Below are positions 54,993-64,000 of a stretch of DNA of 64,000 nucleotides, piece after piece. The DNA is from Candidatus Hebobacterum abditum (GTDB lineage: Bacteria; Armatimonadota; Hebobacteria; Hebobacterales; Hebobacteraceae), in NCBI GenBank assembly GCA_029821875.1, contig JALGXW010000001.1:88089-152088 (forward strand). The letters run 5' to 3'. The first letter of the stretch is position 1, and the number at the start of each line of letters is the position of its first letter. The position numbers and the translations under genes were made by a program. The notes under the pieces were generated by a model. The model did not search any database. It was not told the origin of the DNA and saw only the letters and a list, made by a program, of their open reading frames with translations.

Positions 54993-55391
54993 ATGCCATC
55001 ACAGCGCATCGAGCGCGTTCAGAAGTTGCTGCGCTCAGAGATCAGCACGGTCCTTCGGACCAAGCTGAAGGATCCAAGGGTAGGCATGGTGACGATCACC
55101 GAGGTGGATGCCAGCCCCGACCTGCGCAACGCTCGAGTCTTCGTGAGCCTCGTCAAGGAGGAGGAGTCGGAGTCCGAGGCCCTGGCCGGACTGAAGAGCG
55201 CGGCCGGCTTCATTCGCTCCGAGCTCATGAGGGCATTGCACCTGCGGCCGATGCCCGTGCTCGAGTTCGAGCTCGACAGATCGCTCGCCCGGGGCGCGCG
55301 CACGCTAGACCTGTTGGATCGGATCAGAGATGAGCGAGAGCGGGGCGGCTCGCGAGTGGACGCGGGCGATCCGTCTGATAGAGACGAGTAG
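54993..55391 (+). CDS. rbfA: 30S ribosome-binding factor
   Basis: LKDPRVG.VTITEVD.SPDLRNARVFVS, GFIRSEL, P.LEF.LD.S. Confidence 0.96.
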   Translation: MPSQRIERVQKLLRSEISTVLRTKLKDPRVGMVTITEVDASPDLRNARVFVSLVKEEESESEALAGLKSAAGFIRSELMRALHLRPMPVLEFELDRSLARGARTLDLLDRIRDERERGGSRVDAGDPSDRDE

Positions 55392-56331
55392 CGGGATCTA
55401 CGTCGCCACGCACATTCGCCCGGATGGCGACGCGCTGGGCTCTCTGCTCGGGCTGTCGTTGGCCCTCGAGAAGGCTGGACTGCAGGTCGCCGCGCTGTGC
55501 GCGGATCCAGTGCCGAGCACCTACGCGTTCCTCCCCGCCGTGGACTGGATCCTCTCCTCACCACCCGACTGGCAAGCGGATGTGGGAATCGTCGTCGACT
55601 GCGACGGGTTGGCTCGAGTTGGAGCCCTCGAGCCGGCCCTCGCGGGTCTTCCGTCTCTCATCGACCTGGACCACCACGATACAGAGCAGGCGTTCGGGCA
55701 AGAGCAACTGATCGATCCGACAGCAGGCGCCTCCGCCGAGATCGTGTACGACCTCCTCCGCGAGATGGAACTCCCCCTCGACGCCGAGATCAGCACCTGC
55801 CTCTACGCCGCAGTGCTTACAGACACGGGCCGTTTCTGCTACGGCAATACGACGGCCAGATCGCTTCGCATTGCCGCGGAACTGGTGGCCGGCGGCGCCG
55901 ACCCGCATGCCATTGCGCGGAAGGTGTATGAGGAGCGATCGATGGCGGCGACCCACCTGCTCGGAGTGGCGTTGTCCCGCCTCGCCGCCACAACGGACGG
56001 CCAAGTCGTGAGCTCTGTGCTCCGGCCGGCGGACTTCGCGGAGACGGGGGCCTCCTCGAGCGACACTGACGGGATCATCGCCCATCTGCGAGCGATCGGC
56101 GGCCCGCGAGTGGCGATCCTCTTCGTTGAGCCGGACCACGATGCCGTTCGCGTAAGCTTGAGGTCCGATGGCAGCGTGGATGTCAGCGAGATAGCGCTTG
56201 AGTTCGGCGGCGGTGGACACGCGATGGCCGCCGGCTGTACGGTGACGGGCAAGGCCGAGCTCGTGGAGCGGAGAGTGCTGGACGCGGTCAGCCTCGCGCT
56301 GAACCGGCCGAGTGAGCAGGATGCAGGCTGA
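55330..56331 (+). CDS. nrnA: DHH/DHHA1 phosphoesterase (NrnA-like oligoribonuclease/PAP phosphatase)
   Basis: H.RPDGDALGS, VVDC, DHH, TDTGRF, VSLRS, GGGGHAMAAG. Confidence 0.93.
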   Translation: MSESGAAREWTRAIRLIETSSGIYVATHIRPDGDALGSLLGLSLALEKAGLQVAALCADPVPSTYAFLPAVDWILSSPPDWQADVGIVVDCDGLARVGALEPALAGLPSLIDLDHHDTEQAFGQEQLIDPTAGASAEIVYDLLREMELPLDAEISTCLYAAVLTDTGRFCYGNTTARSLRIAAELVAGGADPHAIARKVYEERSMAATHLLGVALSRLAATTDGQVVSSVLRPADFAETGASSSDTDGIIAHLRAIGGPRVAILFVEPDHDAVRVSLRSDGSVDVSEIALEFGGGGHAMAAGCTVTGKAELVERRVLDAVSLALNRPSEQDAG

Positions 56332-57229
56332 CGGCTTCGTCAACGTGCTCAAGCCCCCGGGCATGACATCACATGACGTGGTGGCGTGGGTCCGGCGCTG
56401 CTCGGGCGCAGCGCGAGCAGGTCACCTAGGCACCCTCGATCCGGCCGCCGCTGGTGTCCTGCCGGTGTGCCTCGGCCGGGCCACGCGCCTCTTCCGCTTC
56501 GCGGGAGGCGATGAGAAGGTCTACCGCGCCGAGATCGTGTTCGGCACTCGCACCGACACCATGGATGCAGAAGGGAAGGTGGTTTCGCAGGTCGACAGCA
56601 GTGGGCTGACAGAGGCGGGCCTGCGGAGAATACTCGACAGCTCCGTCGGTCAGAGAGAGCAAGCTCCCCCGCCCTTCTCGGCCGCAAAGGTGGGAGGCCG
56701 CGCGCTCCACAAGCACGCGCGCAGTGGTGTCATGGCCAGGGGACGCCCGAAGCCGGTGACGGTGCTGTCGCTGGACCTGGTCGAGTTCGTGTCCGGCCCA
56801 GGCGCTCACGCGGTGCTGGACATCACGTGCAGCCCCGGCACGTACGTGCGGGTGCTGGCCGATGACATGGGCCAGGCCGCAGGCTGCGGAGCCTATGTGG
56901 CTTTTCTCGTGCGAACGCGCGCGGGCCGCTTTGAGCTAGGTGATGCGCTGACGCTGGAGGAGATGGCGGAGGCCGGCGACGAATGCGAACTGCGTGCGCG
57001 CGTCCTGCCTCTGGACTGGCCCCTGGCGCACTTGCCGGAGTTGGGTCTGGAGGCGCCGGCAGCTCGCACCTTCGTCAGCGGCAGCCGCGTGTTCGCCGGC
57101 ATAGAGGCCGCATGGCCGATGCGCGTGTACGGTCCGAGTAGACTCTTCCTCGGGCTGGGGGAGGTGCTGGGTGAGGGGCAGCTTCAGCCCAGGGTAGTGC
57201 TGAGTGAGGGGCCGGCGGGCACGACATGA
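56321..57229 (+). CDS. truB: tRNA pseudouridine(55) synthase
   Basis: KPPGMTSHDVV, GHLGTLDP.A.GVL, PP.FSA.KV.G, CSPGTYVR.L. Confidence 0.96.
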   Translation: MQADGFVNVLKPPGMTSHDVVAWVRRCSGAARAGHLGTLDPAAAGVLPVCLGRATRLFRFAGGDEKVYRAEIVFGTRTDTMDAEGKVVSQVDSSGLTEAGLRRILDSSVGQREQAPPPFSAAKVGGRALHKHARSGVMARGRPKPVTVLSLDLVEFVSGPGAHAVLDITCSPGTYVRVLADDMGQAAGCGAYVAFLVRTRAGRFELGDALTLEEMAEAGDECELRARVLPLDWPLAHLPELGLEAPAARTFVSGSRVFAGIEAAWPMRVYGPSRLFLGLGEVLGEGQLQPRVVLSEGPAGTT

Positions 57230-58161
57230 GAGTGGTTCGCGGTCTGGGCAAGCGGCTGCGGCGACCCTTGTGCCTGGCGCTAGGCGTGTTCGACGGCGTG
57301 CACTTGGGCCATCGCAGGGTCATCGACGCGGCCGTGAGCCAGGCGAGAGGGCGGCCTCTCCTCCCCGGCGTGCTCACCTTTGACCCACACCCCGATGCTG
57401 TCATCAGCGCGGCCGGTGCTCCTGGCCTTCTCACCACAACTGAAGAGAAGCTGTCGCTGCTGCGGGAACTCGGCGTCGAAGTAGCGGTAGTCGCGAGATT
57501 CAGCCGACGGCTTGCAGACATGCCGGCCGAGAGATTCGTGGAAGACGTGCTGGTGGACCAGCTCCAGGCACGATGTGTCGTTGTTGGGGAGAACTGGCGC
57601 TTCGGAAGGAGTGGCGAGGGGACGCCAGAACTGCTCCGCACACTGGGAGCCGCGCTCCGGTTCAGAGTCTCAATGGTGCCGCCAGTGTCGGTGAAGAGAG
57701 GCAAGGTCAGCAGCACGCGCATCCGCGAGCTGCTCCTTCGGGGCCGCCTGGAGGCTGCGAACGAACTGCTGGGCCGGCCGTACGGCCTGGCGGGACGGGT
57801 CGTGGGAGGGGAGGGTCGCGGGAAACATCTCGGGTTCCCGACGGCGAACCTCGACGTCCCTCCTACGAAGCTGATCCCGGCCGACGGCCTATACGCCTGC
57901 TTCGCCGGGCTCAGGAAGATGCGGCCCGCGATGGCCTACATCGGCGCCAGACCGACATTCGGGGAGGGGGCCGAGCGGCGCGTGGAGGTCCATCTCCTTG
58001 AGCGCCCAGGCCATCGCGATCTACACAGACGCCTGCTTCGGGCCGACCTGATCGCGCGGGTGCGCGGCGACCGCAGGTTCGGCTCCTCGGAGGCGCTCGT
58101 GGCGCAGATGGAGCGCGACCGTGTGCGCACACGCGCTCTGCTAGCGTGTTTACACGAATGA
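57226..58161 (+). CDS. ribF: Bifunctional riboflavin kinase/FAD synthetase
   Basis: GVFDGVHLGH, TFDPHP, VSSTRIR, LGFPTAN, G.RPTF, EVHLL. Confidence 0.97.
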   Translation: MRVVRGLGKRLRRPLCLALGVFDGVHLGHRRVIDAAVSQARGRPLLPGVLTFDPHPDAVISAAGAPGLLTTTEEKLSLLRELGVEVAVVARFSRRLADMPAERFVEDVLVDQLQARCVVVGENWRFGRSGEGTPELLRTLGAALRFRVSMVPPVSVKRGKVSSTRIRELLLRGRLEAANELLGRPYGLAGRVVGGEGRGKHLGFPTANLDVPPTKLIPADGLYACFAGLRKMRPAMAYIGARPTFGEGAERRVEVHLLERPGHRDLHRRLLRADLIARVRGDRRFGSSEALVAQMERDRVRTRALLACLHE

Positions 58162-58177
58162 CGCGATGTGGTATGCT
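58149..58177 (+). promoter_or_regulatory. Putative sigma70 promoter of rpsO
   Basis: TTTACA, 17 nt, TG-G-TATGCT, overlapping the ribF stop. Confidence 0.6.
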
Positions 58178-58242
58178 TGCCTGTGACCACCCGGGCGAGC
58201 CCGGGCGCCTCAGCGAGTGAGGATCACGCAAGGAGCAGTCGG

Positions 58243-58533
58243 TTGCCGCTCGTAAAGGAACAGAAGGACGGTATCGTCGAAGAGAATCGTCTCCATCCCA
58301 GCGATACTGGGTCGCCCGAGGTACAGGTCGCGCTCCTCACGGCGCGAATCAACCAACTCCAGGAGCACCTGCGCCAACACAAGCGGGATCACCATTCCCG
58401 GCGCGGGATGCTGGTGATGATCGGGCGGCGGCAGCGGTTCCTCGACTACCTGGGCAAATCGGACATCGATCGGTATCGCGCGCTCGTCGCTAAGCTGGGG
58501 CTGCGCGACAAGACAAGGGCTAGACGGCTGTAG
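58243..58533 (+). CDS. rpsO: 30S ribosomal protein S15
   Basis: TTG after AAGGAG; [26 protein letters not shown]. Confidence 0.97.
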   Translation: MPLVKEQKDGIVEENRLHPSDTGSPEVQVALLTARINQLQEHLRQHKRDHHSRRGMLVMIGRRQRFLDYLGKSDIDRYRALVAKLGLRDKTRARRL

Positions 58534-58794
58534 GGCGGCCACCTTCGCTCGCAGCCGAGACGTTCTTTCACAACTGGCTAGGGAAGCGCCGCAAGAAGTT
58601 CAACGGCGACGACCGGGATCTTCCCCGGGAACTCCCCTGAACCGATGTGTGCCGGAGGTCGGCCTGCGGGCCGCTCTACCTACTACACCCCGTTGTGGGT
58701 GTCGGCAGACATAGGTGCAGGAGTTGTTCCTGTCTGGGGGAGGGACCGCGGATTGCTGTCACCTCCGGCGAGCGCACCCAGATAGGAGCAATAA

Positions 58795-60945
58795 GTGGCA
58801 ATCGAACAACGTGACCTCGACGGTCGATCCATCTCCGTCGAAACTGGCACTCTGGCCAAGCAGGCTGATGGTGCGGTCTGTGTCCGGCTAGGTGACACAA
58901 TCACCCTCGTCACGGCGACAATGGCGCCACCGCGCGAGGGCATCGACTTCTTCCCCCTGCTCGTCGACTTCGAAGAGAAGATGTATGCGGCCGGCAAGAT
59001 CCCGGGCGTCCGCTACATCCGGCGAGAGGGACGTCCAAGCGAGAACGCAATCCTGTCGGCCCGTCGCATCGACCGCGCCATTCGTCCCCTCTTCCCCAAG
59101 GGGTTCCGCAACGACATCCAGGTAGTCGCCACAGTGCTGTCGGCGGACATGCAGAACGCGGCCGACATCCCCGCCATGGTGGGGGCTTCGGCCGCGCTGT
59201 GCGTCTCGCCTGTGCCGTTCCTGGGGCCTGTGGGAGCGGTGCGCGTTGGTCGGGTCGAAGGCCGCTTCGTGGTCAATCCGACGTATGAGGAGCGAGATGA
59301 GAGCGACCTCGAGCTGACGGTCGCAGTCTCGCCGGACGGCGTCGTGATGTTGGAGGGGATGACCGATCAGCTGCCGGAGGAGGTGGTTGGCGAGGCAATC
59401 GCGTTTGCCATCCCCTACGCGGAACAGGTCCTCGAAATGCAGCGCGCACTAGCGGGGGCCGCCGGGAAGGAGAAGATCGACTTCACGCCTCTCCAGATCG
59501 GCGAGGACATCCGCTCGGCCATATCGGGCTCCGCCGCGACCATCCGAGGGGCGATCCAGCACCCGGACAAGAAGGCTCGGGAAGAGGCCACGACCGAGAT
59601 CGTCGAGCAGTTGCAGACCGATCTCTCGGACCGGTTCCCGGAGCGAATCCCCGAGATCCGGGCGGCGCTCGAAGAGCAGATGGAGGCGGAGCTTCGAGGT
59701 CTCGTTCTGGACGACGACCGACGGCCCGACGGCAGGAGTATGGAGGAGATCAGGGATCTGTCCTCCGAGGTGGGGGTGCTGCCGCGCGCACACGGGTCAG
59801 CACTCTTCACGCGCGGCCAGACCCAAGTGATGTCAGTCGTCACGCTCGGCGGCGTCGGCGACGAGCAGCTCATCGACGACCTCGGCGTCGTCGAGTCGAA
59901 GCGGTTCATGCATCACTACAACTTCCCGCCCTACAGCGTGGGGGAGGTCCGGCCGATGCGCGGGCCCAGCCGTCGCGACCTCGGTCACGGGTCGCTGGTC
60001 GAACACGGCGTTCTGCCGGTGCTGCCCGACGAGGAGGAGTTCCCCTACACCGTGAGGGTGGTCTCAGAGGTGCTCGAGAGCAATGGCTCCAGTTCCATGG
60101 CCAGCGTGTGCGGGAGCAGTCTGGCGCTGATGGATGCCGGTGTGCCCATAAAGGGCGGCATCGCCGGGATCTCGATCGGCATGATCAGCGATGGTGACAG
60201 GCGCAAGCTGCTCACGGACATCCAGGGGCTGGAGGATTTCAGCGGCGAGATGGACTTCAAGGTCGCCGGAACGCGGGAGGGTGTGACCTCGCTGCAGATG
60301 GATGTGAAGCTCGCCGGGCTGTCGATGGAGACGGTCCGGGATGCTCTCGCGCAGTCGAAGCGCGCACGGGACGTTCTGCTGGACACGATGGCCGAGGCGA
60401 TCTCCGAGCCCCGGGCCGAGCTTGCCCCTCATGCGCCGCGCGTGTTCACGATCGAAATAGATCCGGAGAAGATCGGCGATGTCATCGGCCCCGGCGGCAA
60501 GATGATTCGGAAGCTCGAGGGCGACTTCAACTGCAAGATCGACATCGAGCAAGAGGGTCGCGTGTTCGTGGCCGCGCCCGACCAGTCATCGGGCCAGCAG
60601 GCTGTGAAAGCTATCGAGGACCTGACCCGGGACCTGCAGGTAGGCGAAACCTACGTGGGGAAGGTCGTGCGGATCACGCCCTTCGGAGCCTTCCTCGAAC
60701 TTCTGCCCGGCCGCGACGGACTGTTGCACATCTCGCAGGTTGCGCGGGAACGGATCGACCGCGTAGAGGACGTCCTCAAGATGGGCGATGAGGTGCCGGT
60801 TCGCGTCATCGAAATCGACCCCCAGGGCAAAGTGCGGTTGAGCCGCAAGGATCTCCTTCCGGGCGGCAAGGACGGCGAGTCCGAGGGCGAACGCGGCGGG
60901 CGACGGGAGGGCGGCCGCCCGCGCCGCCACCGGCCGCGCCGCTGA
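58795..60945 (+). CDS. pnp: Polyribonucleotide nucleotidyltransferase
   Basis: LAKQADG, DFFPL.VD, AAGKIPG, RREGRPS, HGSALFTRGQTQ, HYNFPPYSVGE, ESNGSSSMASVC, MDFKVAGT; KH and S1 domains. Confidence 0.99.
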   Translation: MAIEQRDLDGRSISVETGTLAKQADGAVCVRLGDTITLVTATMAPPREGIDFFPLLVDFEEKMYAAGKIPGVRYIRREGRPSENAILSARRIDRAIRPLFPKGFRNDIQVVATVLSADMQNAADIPAMVGASAALCVSPVPFLGPVGAVRVGRVEGRFVVNPTYEERDESDLELTVAVSPDGVVMLEGMTDQLPEEVVGEAIAFAIPYAEQVLEMQRALAGAAGKEKIDFTPLQIGEDIRSAISGSAATIRGAIQHPDKKAREEATTEIVEQLQTDLSDRFPERIPEIRAALEEQMEAELRGLVLDDDRRPDGRSMEEIRDLSSEVGVLPRAHGSALFTRGQTQVMSVVTLGGVGDEQLIDDLGVVESKRFMHHYNFPPYSVGEVRPMRGPSRRDLGHGSLVEHGVLPVLPDEEEFPYTVRVVSEVLESNGSSSMASVCGSSLALMDAGVPIKGGIAGISIGMISDGDRRKLLTDIQGLEDFSGEMDFKVAGTREGVTSLQMDVKLAGLSMETVRDALAQSKRARDVLLDTMAEAISEPRAELAPHAPRVFTIEIDPEKIGDVIGPGGKMIRKLEGDFNCKIDIEQEGRVFVAAPDQSSGQQAVKAIEDLTRDLQVGETYVGKVVRITPFGAFLELLPGRDGLLHISQVARERIDRVEDVLKMGDEVPVRVIEIDPQGKVRLSRKDLLPGGKDGESEGERGGRREGGRPRRHRPRR

Positions 60946-61029
60946 GGGTGTGCGTCGCTTCCCGGCTCGGAGTTGGCGGGCAGACACATGTTCGCCAGAC
61001 GTGAGCGCTGGCGAAGGCAGGTCACCTGG

Positions 61030-62307
61030 ATGAATCCCCAGCCTGAAGGCCCGGGACCGCACGTCAGGAAGACCGTTCTGCCCAACGGCGTGAGGGTGCT
61101 TACCGAACGGCTCGAGCATGTGAACTCCGCCTCGCTTGGCCTCTGGAGCACCTCCGGGTCGCGCGTCGATCCACCCGGACACGAGGGCATCACCCACTTC
61201 CTCGAGCACATGCTGTTCAAGGGCACCGCCACACGATCGGCTCTCGAGATCGGCGAAGCCATCGATGACATCGGCGGCTATGTCAACGGACTGACAGACC
61301 GTGAGCAGATGCATCTCTTCGCCCGCACCACGGGGGAGTATGGGGAGGCGGCCCTGGATCTCCTCTTCGATCTCATGCTGCGCTCGCAGTGTCCGGAGGA
61401 GGATGTTGCCCGGGAGCGGGAGGTCGTCCTCCAGGAGATCGCTCACGTACGGGACTCGGCCGAGGAGTGGGTGCACGAACTCGTGCCGCAGACAGCCTGG
61501 CCAGATCACGTGTTGGGCCGGCCGCTCATGGGGACGGACGACAGCGTCGGCGCCATTGATCGCGAGTCCCTGCTCAGGCACCTCGCGGACCAGTTTCATG
61601 TGAGCGGCCGACTGGTCGTGACAGGTGTTGGTCGCGTCGACCACGAGCGCATCGTCGCGCTGACTCAGAAGAATACCCGAGGCCTCGGCCCGAGCGCGTC
61701 GGGGATGGACACACGGGCCCCGACGTTTCTTGCAGAGCAGACTGTCGTGACGAGGCCGGGTGAGCAAGTGCACCTCTGCCTGGTCTACCCCGGAATTGCG
61801 GGGACAGACGAGGCGCGGCATACGTTCGCTGTTCTCGACACGGTCTTGGGGGGAGGGAACAGCTCTCGGCTTTTCCAGGAGATCCGCGAGAAGCGCGGCC
61901 TGGCTTACAACATCGGCTCCTACGTGCAGTCCTATCAGACGGCCGGGCTGTTCGTCATAGCGGCGGGTACATCGTCGGAGAACTTCCAGACTGTCGTGGG
62001 CCTTATCGAGCGTGAGATCGAACGACTACAAGCGGACGGCCCTTCAGAGGACGAGGTGGCTCGGGCGAAGGTCCAGCTGAAGGTCGCGCTCGCGCTCGCG
62101 GCGGAGAGCACGGGCTTCCGAATGCAGCATATTGCGCTCTCGGAGATATACTGGGGCCGCGTCCTGTCCATCGATGAGATCGCCGCAGGGGTTGATGGCG
62201 TCACCAGCGAAGACGCGCACGAGCTGGCTCGAAGCGTGCTCGGCGGGGATCGTCGGGCGCTGGTCGCGGTCGGGCCGTTCGATGGCGAGGGAGGCCGACA
62301 TGAGTGA
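61030..62307 (+). CDS. M16 (pitrilysin) family zinc peptidase
   Basis: HFLEHMLFKGT (HxxEH), EREVVLQEI, LGGGNSSRLFQEIREKRGLAY. Confidence 0.95.
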   Translation: MNPQPEGPGPHVRKTVLPNGVRVLTERLEHVNSASLGLWSTSGSRVDPPGHEGITHFLEHMLFKGTATRSALEIGEAIDDIGGYVNGLTDREQMHLFARTTGEYGEAALDLLFDLMLRSQCPEEDVAREREVVLQEIAHVRDSAEEWVHELVPQTAWPDHVLGRPLMGTDDSVGAIDRESLLRHLADQFHVSGRLVVTGVGRVDHERIVALTQKNTRGLGPSASGMDTRAPTFLAEQTVVTRPGEQVHLCLVYPGIAGTDEARHTFAVLDTVLGGGNSSRLFQEIREKRGLAYNIGSYVQSYQTAGLFVIAAGTSSENFQTVVGLIEREIERLQADGPSEDEVARAKVQLKVALALAAESTGFRMQHIALSEIYWGRVLSIDEIAAGVDGVTSEDAHELARSVLGGDRRALVAVGPFDGEGGRHE

Positions 62308-63091
62308 GATCGGAGTGCTCGTTGTTGGCGCAGCCGGCCGGATGGGAAGAGAGGTCGTGCGCGCACTCGCGCAGGCAGAGGACATGAAGCTCGTGGGTGC
62401 GGTGGACAGAGCCAGGGTGGGGGAGGATGCAGGTCGGGTAGCCGGTACGGAGACGACTGGCGTCATCCTGACCGATTCGCTCAGCGATGCCATCACGCAG
62501 TCCTCGCCGGACGTCGCTGTGGACTTCACGCTGCCAGATGCAGTGATGGCGAACACGAGGACGGCCGTGAGGGCAGGTGTGCCGTGCGTGGTCGGCGCCA
62601 CCGGCCTGACCGAAGAGAACATGTCAGAGCTTAAGGCCCTCTGCGAGGAGCGAAAGCGCGCCGTCTTCGTCGCGCCGAACTTCGCCATCGGCGCGGTGCT
62701 GATGATGCAGTTTGCGGCCCAGGCCGCCCGCCACTTCTCCGCGGCGGAGATCGTCGAACTCCACCACGCGGGGAAGGTAGACGCTCCGTCGGGCACGTCC
62801 CTGCGCACGGCCCAGCTGATGAGCAGTGTCTCCGGCAGCAGATTCGCCGGATGCGAGTCCACGGACGGCCGGGCCTCGCGCGGTCAGGCGGAGGGCGCAA
62901 TTCATATGCACAGCGTGAGGCTGCCGGGACTTGTGGCGCATCAGGAGGTGATCTTCGGTGGTCAGGGCGAGACGCTTACCATCCGCCACGACTCCACGAG
63001 CCATGAATCCTTCATGCCGGGAGTACTACTCGCCATCCGGAAGGTGCGCGGCCTACGAGGCCTGGTGGTCGGGCTAGAGAACATCCTCTAG
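62300..63091 (+). CDS. dapB: 4-hydroxy-tetrahydrodipicolinate reductase
   Basis: GAAGRMG, VDFT, APNFAIG, ELHH..KVDAPSGT, HSVRLPGLVAHQEVIFG. Confidence 0.97.
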   Translation: MSEIGVLVVGAAGRMGREVVRALAQAEDMKLVGAVDRARVGEDAGRVAGTETTGVILTDSLSDAITQSSPDVAVDFTLPDAVMANTRTAVRAGVPCVVGATGLTEENMSELKALCEERKRAVFVAPNFAIGAVLMMQFAAQAARHFSAAEIVELHHAGKVDAPSGTSLRTAQLMSSVSGSRFAGCESTDGRASRGQAEGAIHMHSVRLPGLVAHQEVIFGGQGETLTIRHDSTSHESFMPGVLLAIRKVRGLRGLVVGLENIL

Positions 63092-63166
63092 CAGATGCCG
63101 GCGCGGTTGAGGGTGGTTGTAAGCGCGGTTGTGCGCGGGCGCGGCGCTCGCATGCCATGCAAAACA

Positions 63167-63198
63167 GACATCGCGGCCCCGATGGGGGCCGCGATGTC
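63167..63198. terminator. Bidirectional intrinsic terminator between dapB and spoVS
   Basis: GACATCGCGGCCCC-GATG-GGGGCCGCGATGTC is a 14-bp perfect stem flanked by AAAACA and ATTT. Confidence 0.8.
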
Positions 63199-63230
63199 AT
63201 TTCGTAAGCCTATGATCTGCGACGGCGGAG

Positions 63231-63491
63231 CTACTTGGGCTCGATCATAAGCCGAATGGCGGTTCGTTCCTGTCCGTCTACCGTGATGTCGGCGAACGCG
63301 GGCCGACATATGAGATCAACTCCCGAGGGAGCCATGAAGCCTCTCGCGATGGCAACGGCCTTCACTGCCTGGTTCAGCGCCCCCGCCCCGATCGTCTGGA
63401 TCTCGGCCGCGCCCTTCTCGCGCACAACTCCGGCCAGCGCGCCGGCGACAGCGTTCGGATTCGACTTAGTCGAAACCCGTAGGACCTCCAT
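63231..63491 (-). CDS. spoVS: Stage V sporulation protein S (Alba-like) family protein
   Basis: MEVLRVS.KSNPNAVAGALAG, IGAGALNQAVKAVAIARGF, PAF, ERTAI; RBS AGGAGG. Confidence 0.96.
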   Translation of the reverse strand: MEVLRVSTKSNPNAVAGALAGVVREKGAAEIQTIGAGALNQAVKAVAIARGFMAPSGVDLICRPAFADITVDGQERTAIRLMIEPK

Positions 63492-63575
63492 TTCTGAAGT
63501 CCTCCTGCAACCGTTTGATTGAACCCGGCCTGCAAACCTCGCTGCGGGCGAACCCGAACTCCCGGGTTCACGGCT

Positions 63576-64000
63576 CTACTGGTGAGCGTCGGTCAATTCT
63601 ACCACACGCTCGATGGAGCGTGCACGTCCGCTTTCGATATCGAGTGCGACTACAACCCCACTTAGTATGGCGGGGCCGGTGGCGACTTCGAATCGGGTGG
63701 GCATCCCGGTCAGGAAGCGATCGATGACCGGCTTCTGTTTCATCCCGATGACCGAGTCTCGCGGCCCAGTCATGCCGGCGTCTGTTATGTAGGCGGCGCC
63801 GTTCGGAAGCAGTGCCTCGTCGGCTGTCTGGACGTGGGTGTGAGTGCCGATCGCGGCCCCCACCCGCCCGTCGAGATACCGGCCAAGCGCTATCTTTTCG
63901 CTGCTCGCCTCTGCATGTATGTCTACCACAATCAAGTTCGTTTTTCCACGAAGGGCCTCGATTTCCCTATCGGCGGCCCGGAAGGGGCAGTCCAAGGGAT
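63576..64000 (-). CDS. ymdB: YmdB/TIGR00282 family metallophosphoesterase (5'-truncated by the window edge)
   Basis: VDIHAEASSEK, GTHTHVQTAD, YITDAGMTGP..SVIG, RFLTG.P.RF; canonical ymdB-spoVS order. Confidence 0.95.
   Translation of the reverse strand, partial: PLDCPFRAADREIEALRGKTNLIVVDIHAEASSEKIALGRYLDGRVGAAIGTHTHVQTADEALLPNGAAYITDAGMTGPRDSVIGMKQKPVIDRFLTGMPTRFEVATGPAILSGVVVALDIESGRARSIERVVELTDAHQ

Overview
A high-GC bacterial chromosomal segment with about 60 tightly packed protein-coding genes. I saw no rRNA, tRNA, CRISPR array, integrase or transposase. Gene content and order suggest an anaerobic Terrabacteria-type organism, possibly Armatimonadota; this is an inference. The right half (about 29.6-64 kb) is mostly housekeeping: rarA-mnmA-rsbV/rsbW/sigB-like-AI-2E-alaS-ruvX-mltG-PASTA-hydantoinase-like-proS-mgtC, an ABC-2 exporter cassette, nusA-ylxR-infB-DUF503-rbfA-nrnA-truB-ribF-rpsO-pnp-M16 peptidase-dapB, and the convergent ymdB-spoVS. 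The left half holds eno, pyk, ftsB, nadE, secreted glycan/phosphoester enzymes and two unusual minus-strand operons. (1) A fused HdrB-HdrC heterodisulfide-reductase-like protein is translationally coupled to a three-gene split (archaeal-type) glutamate synthase, with no GltD, FrhB or HdrA in the window and a Re-citrate synthase nearby. (2) A five-gene operon encodes an orphan GlmL-type (B12-mutase reactivase-like) ATPase, an uncharacterised partner, a LysE exporter, a membrane-anchored protein and a QueG/RdhA-like Fe-S protein, with no B12 mutase. Non-coding signals include a rimP-leader hairpin sitting directly on nusA (rimP missing), candidate S15 and pnp leader structures, a possible uORF attenuator ahead of the ABC cassette, and a 7 x 36-bp tandem repeat in nusA. 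All calls come from reading motifs by eye; no searches were run, and several start codons were re-chosen relative to the ORF track.
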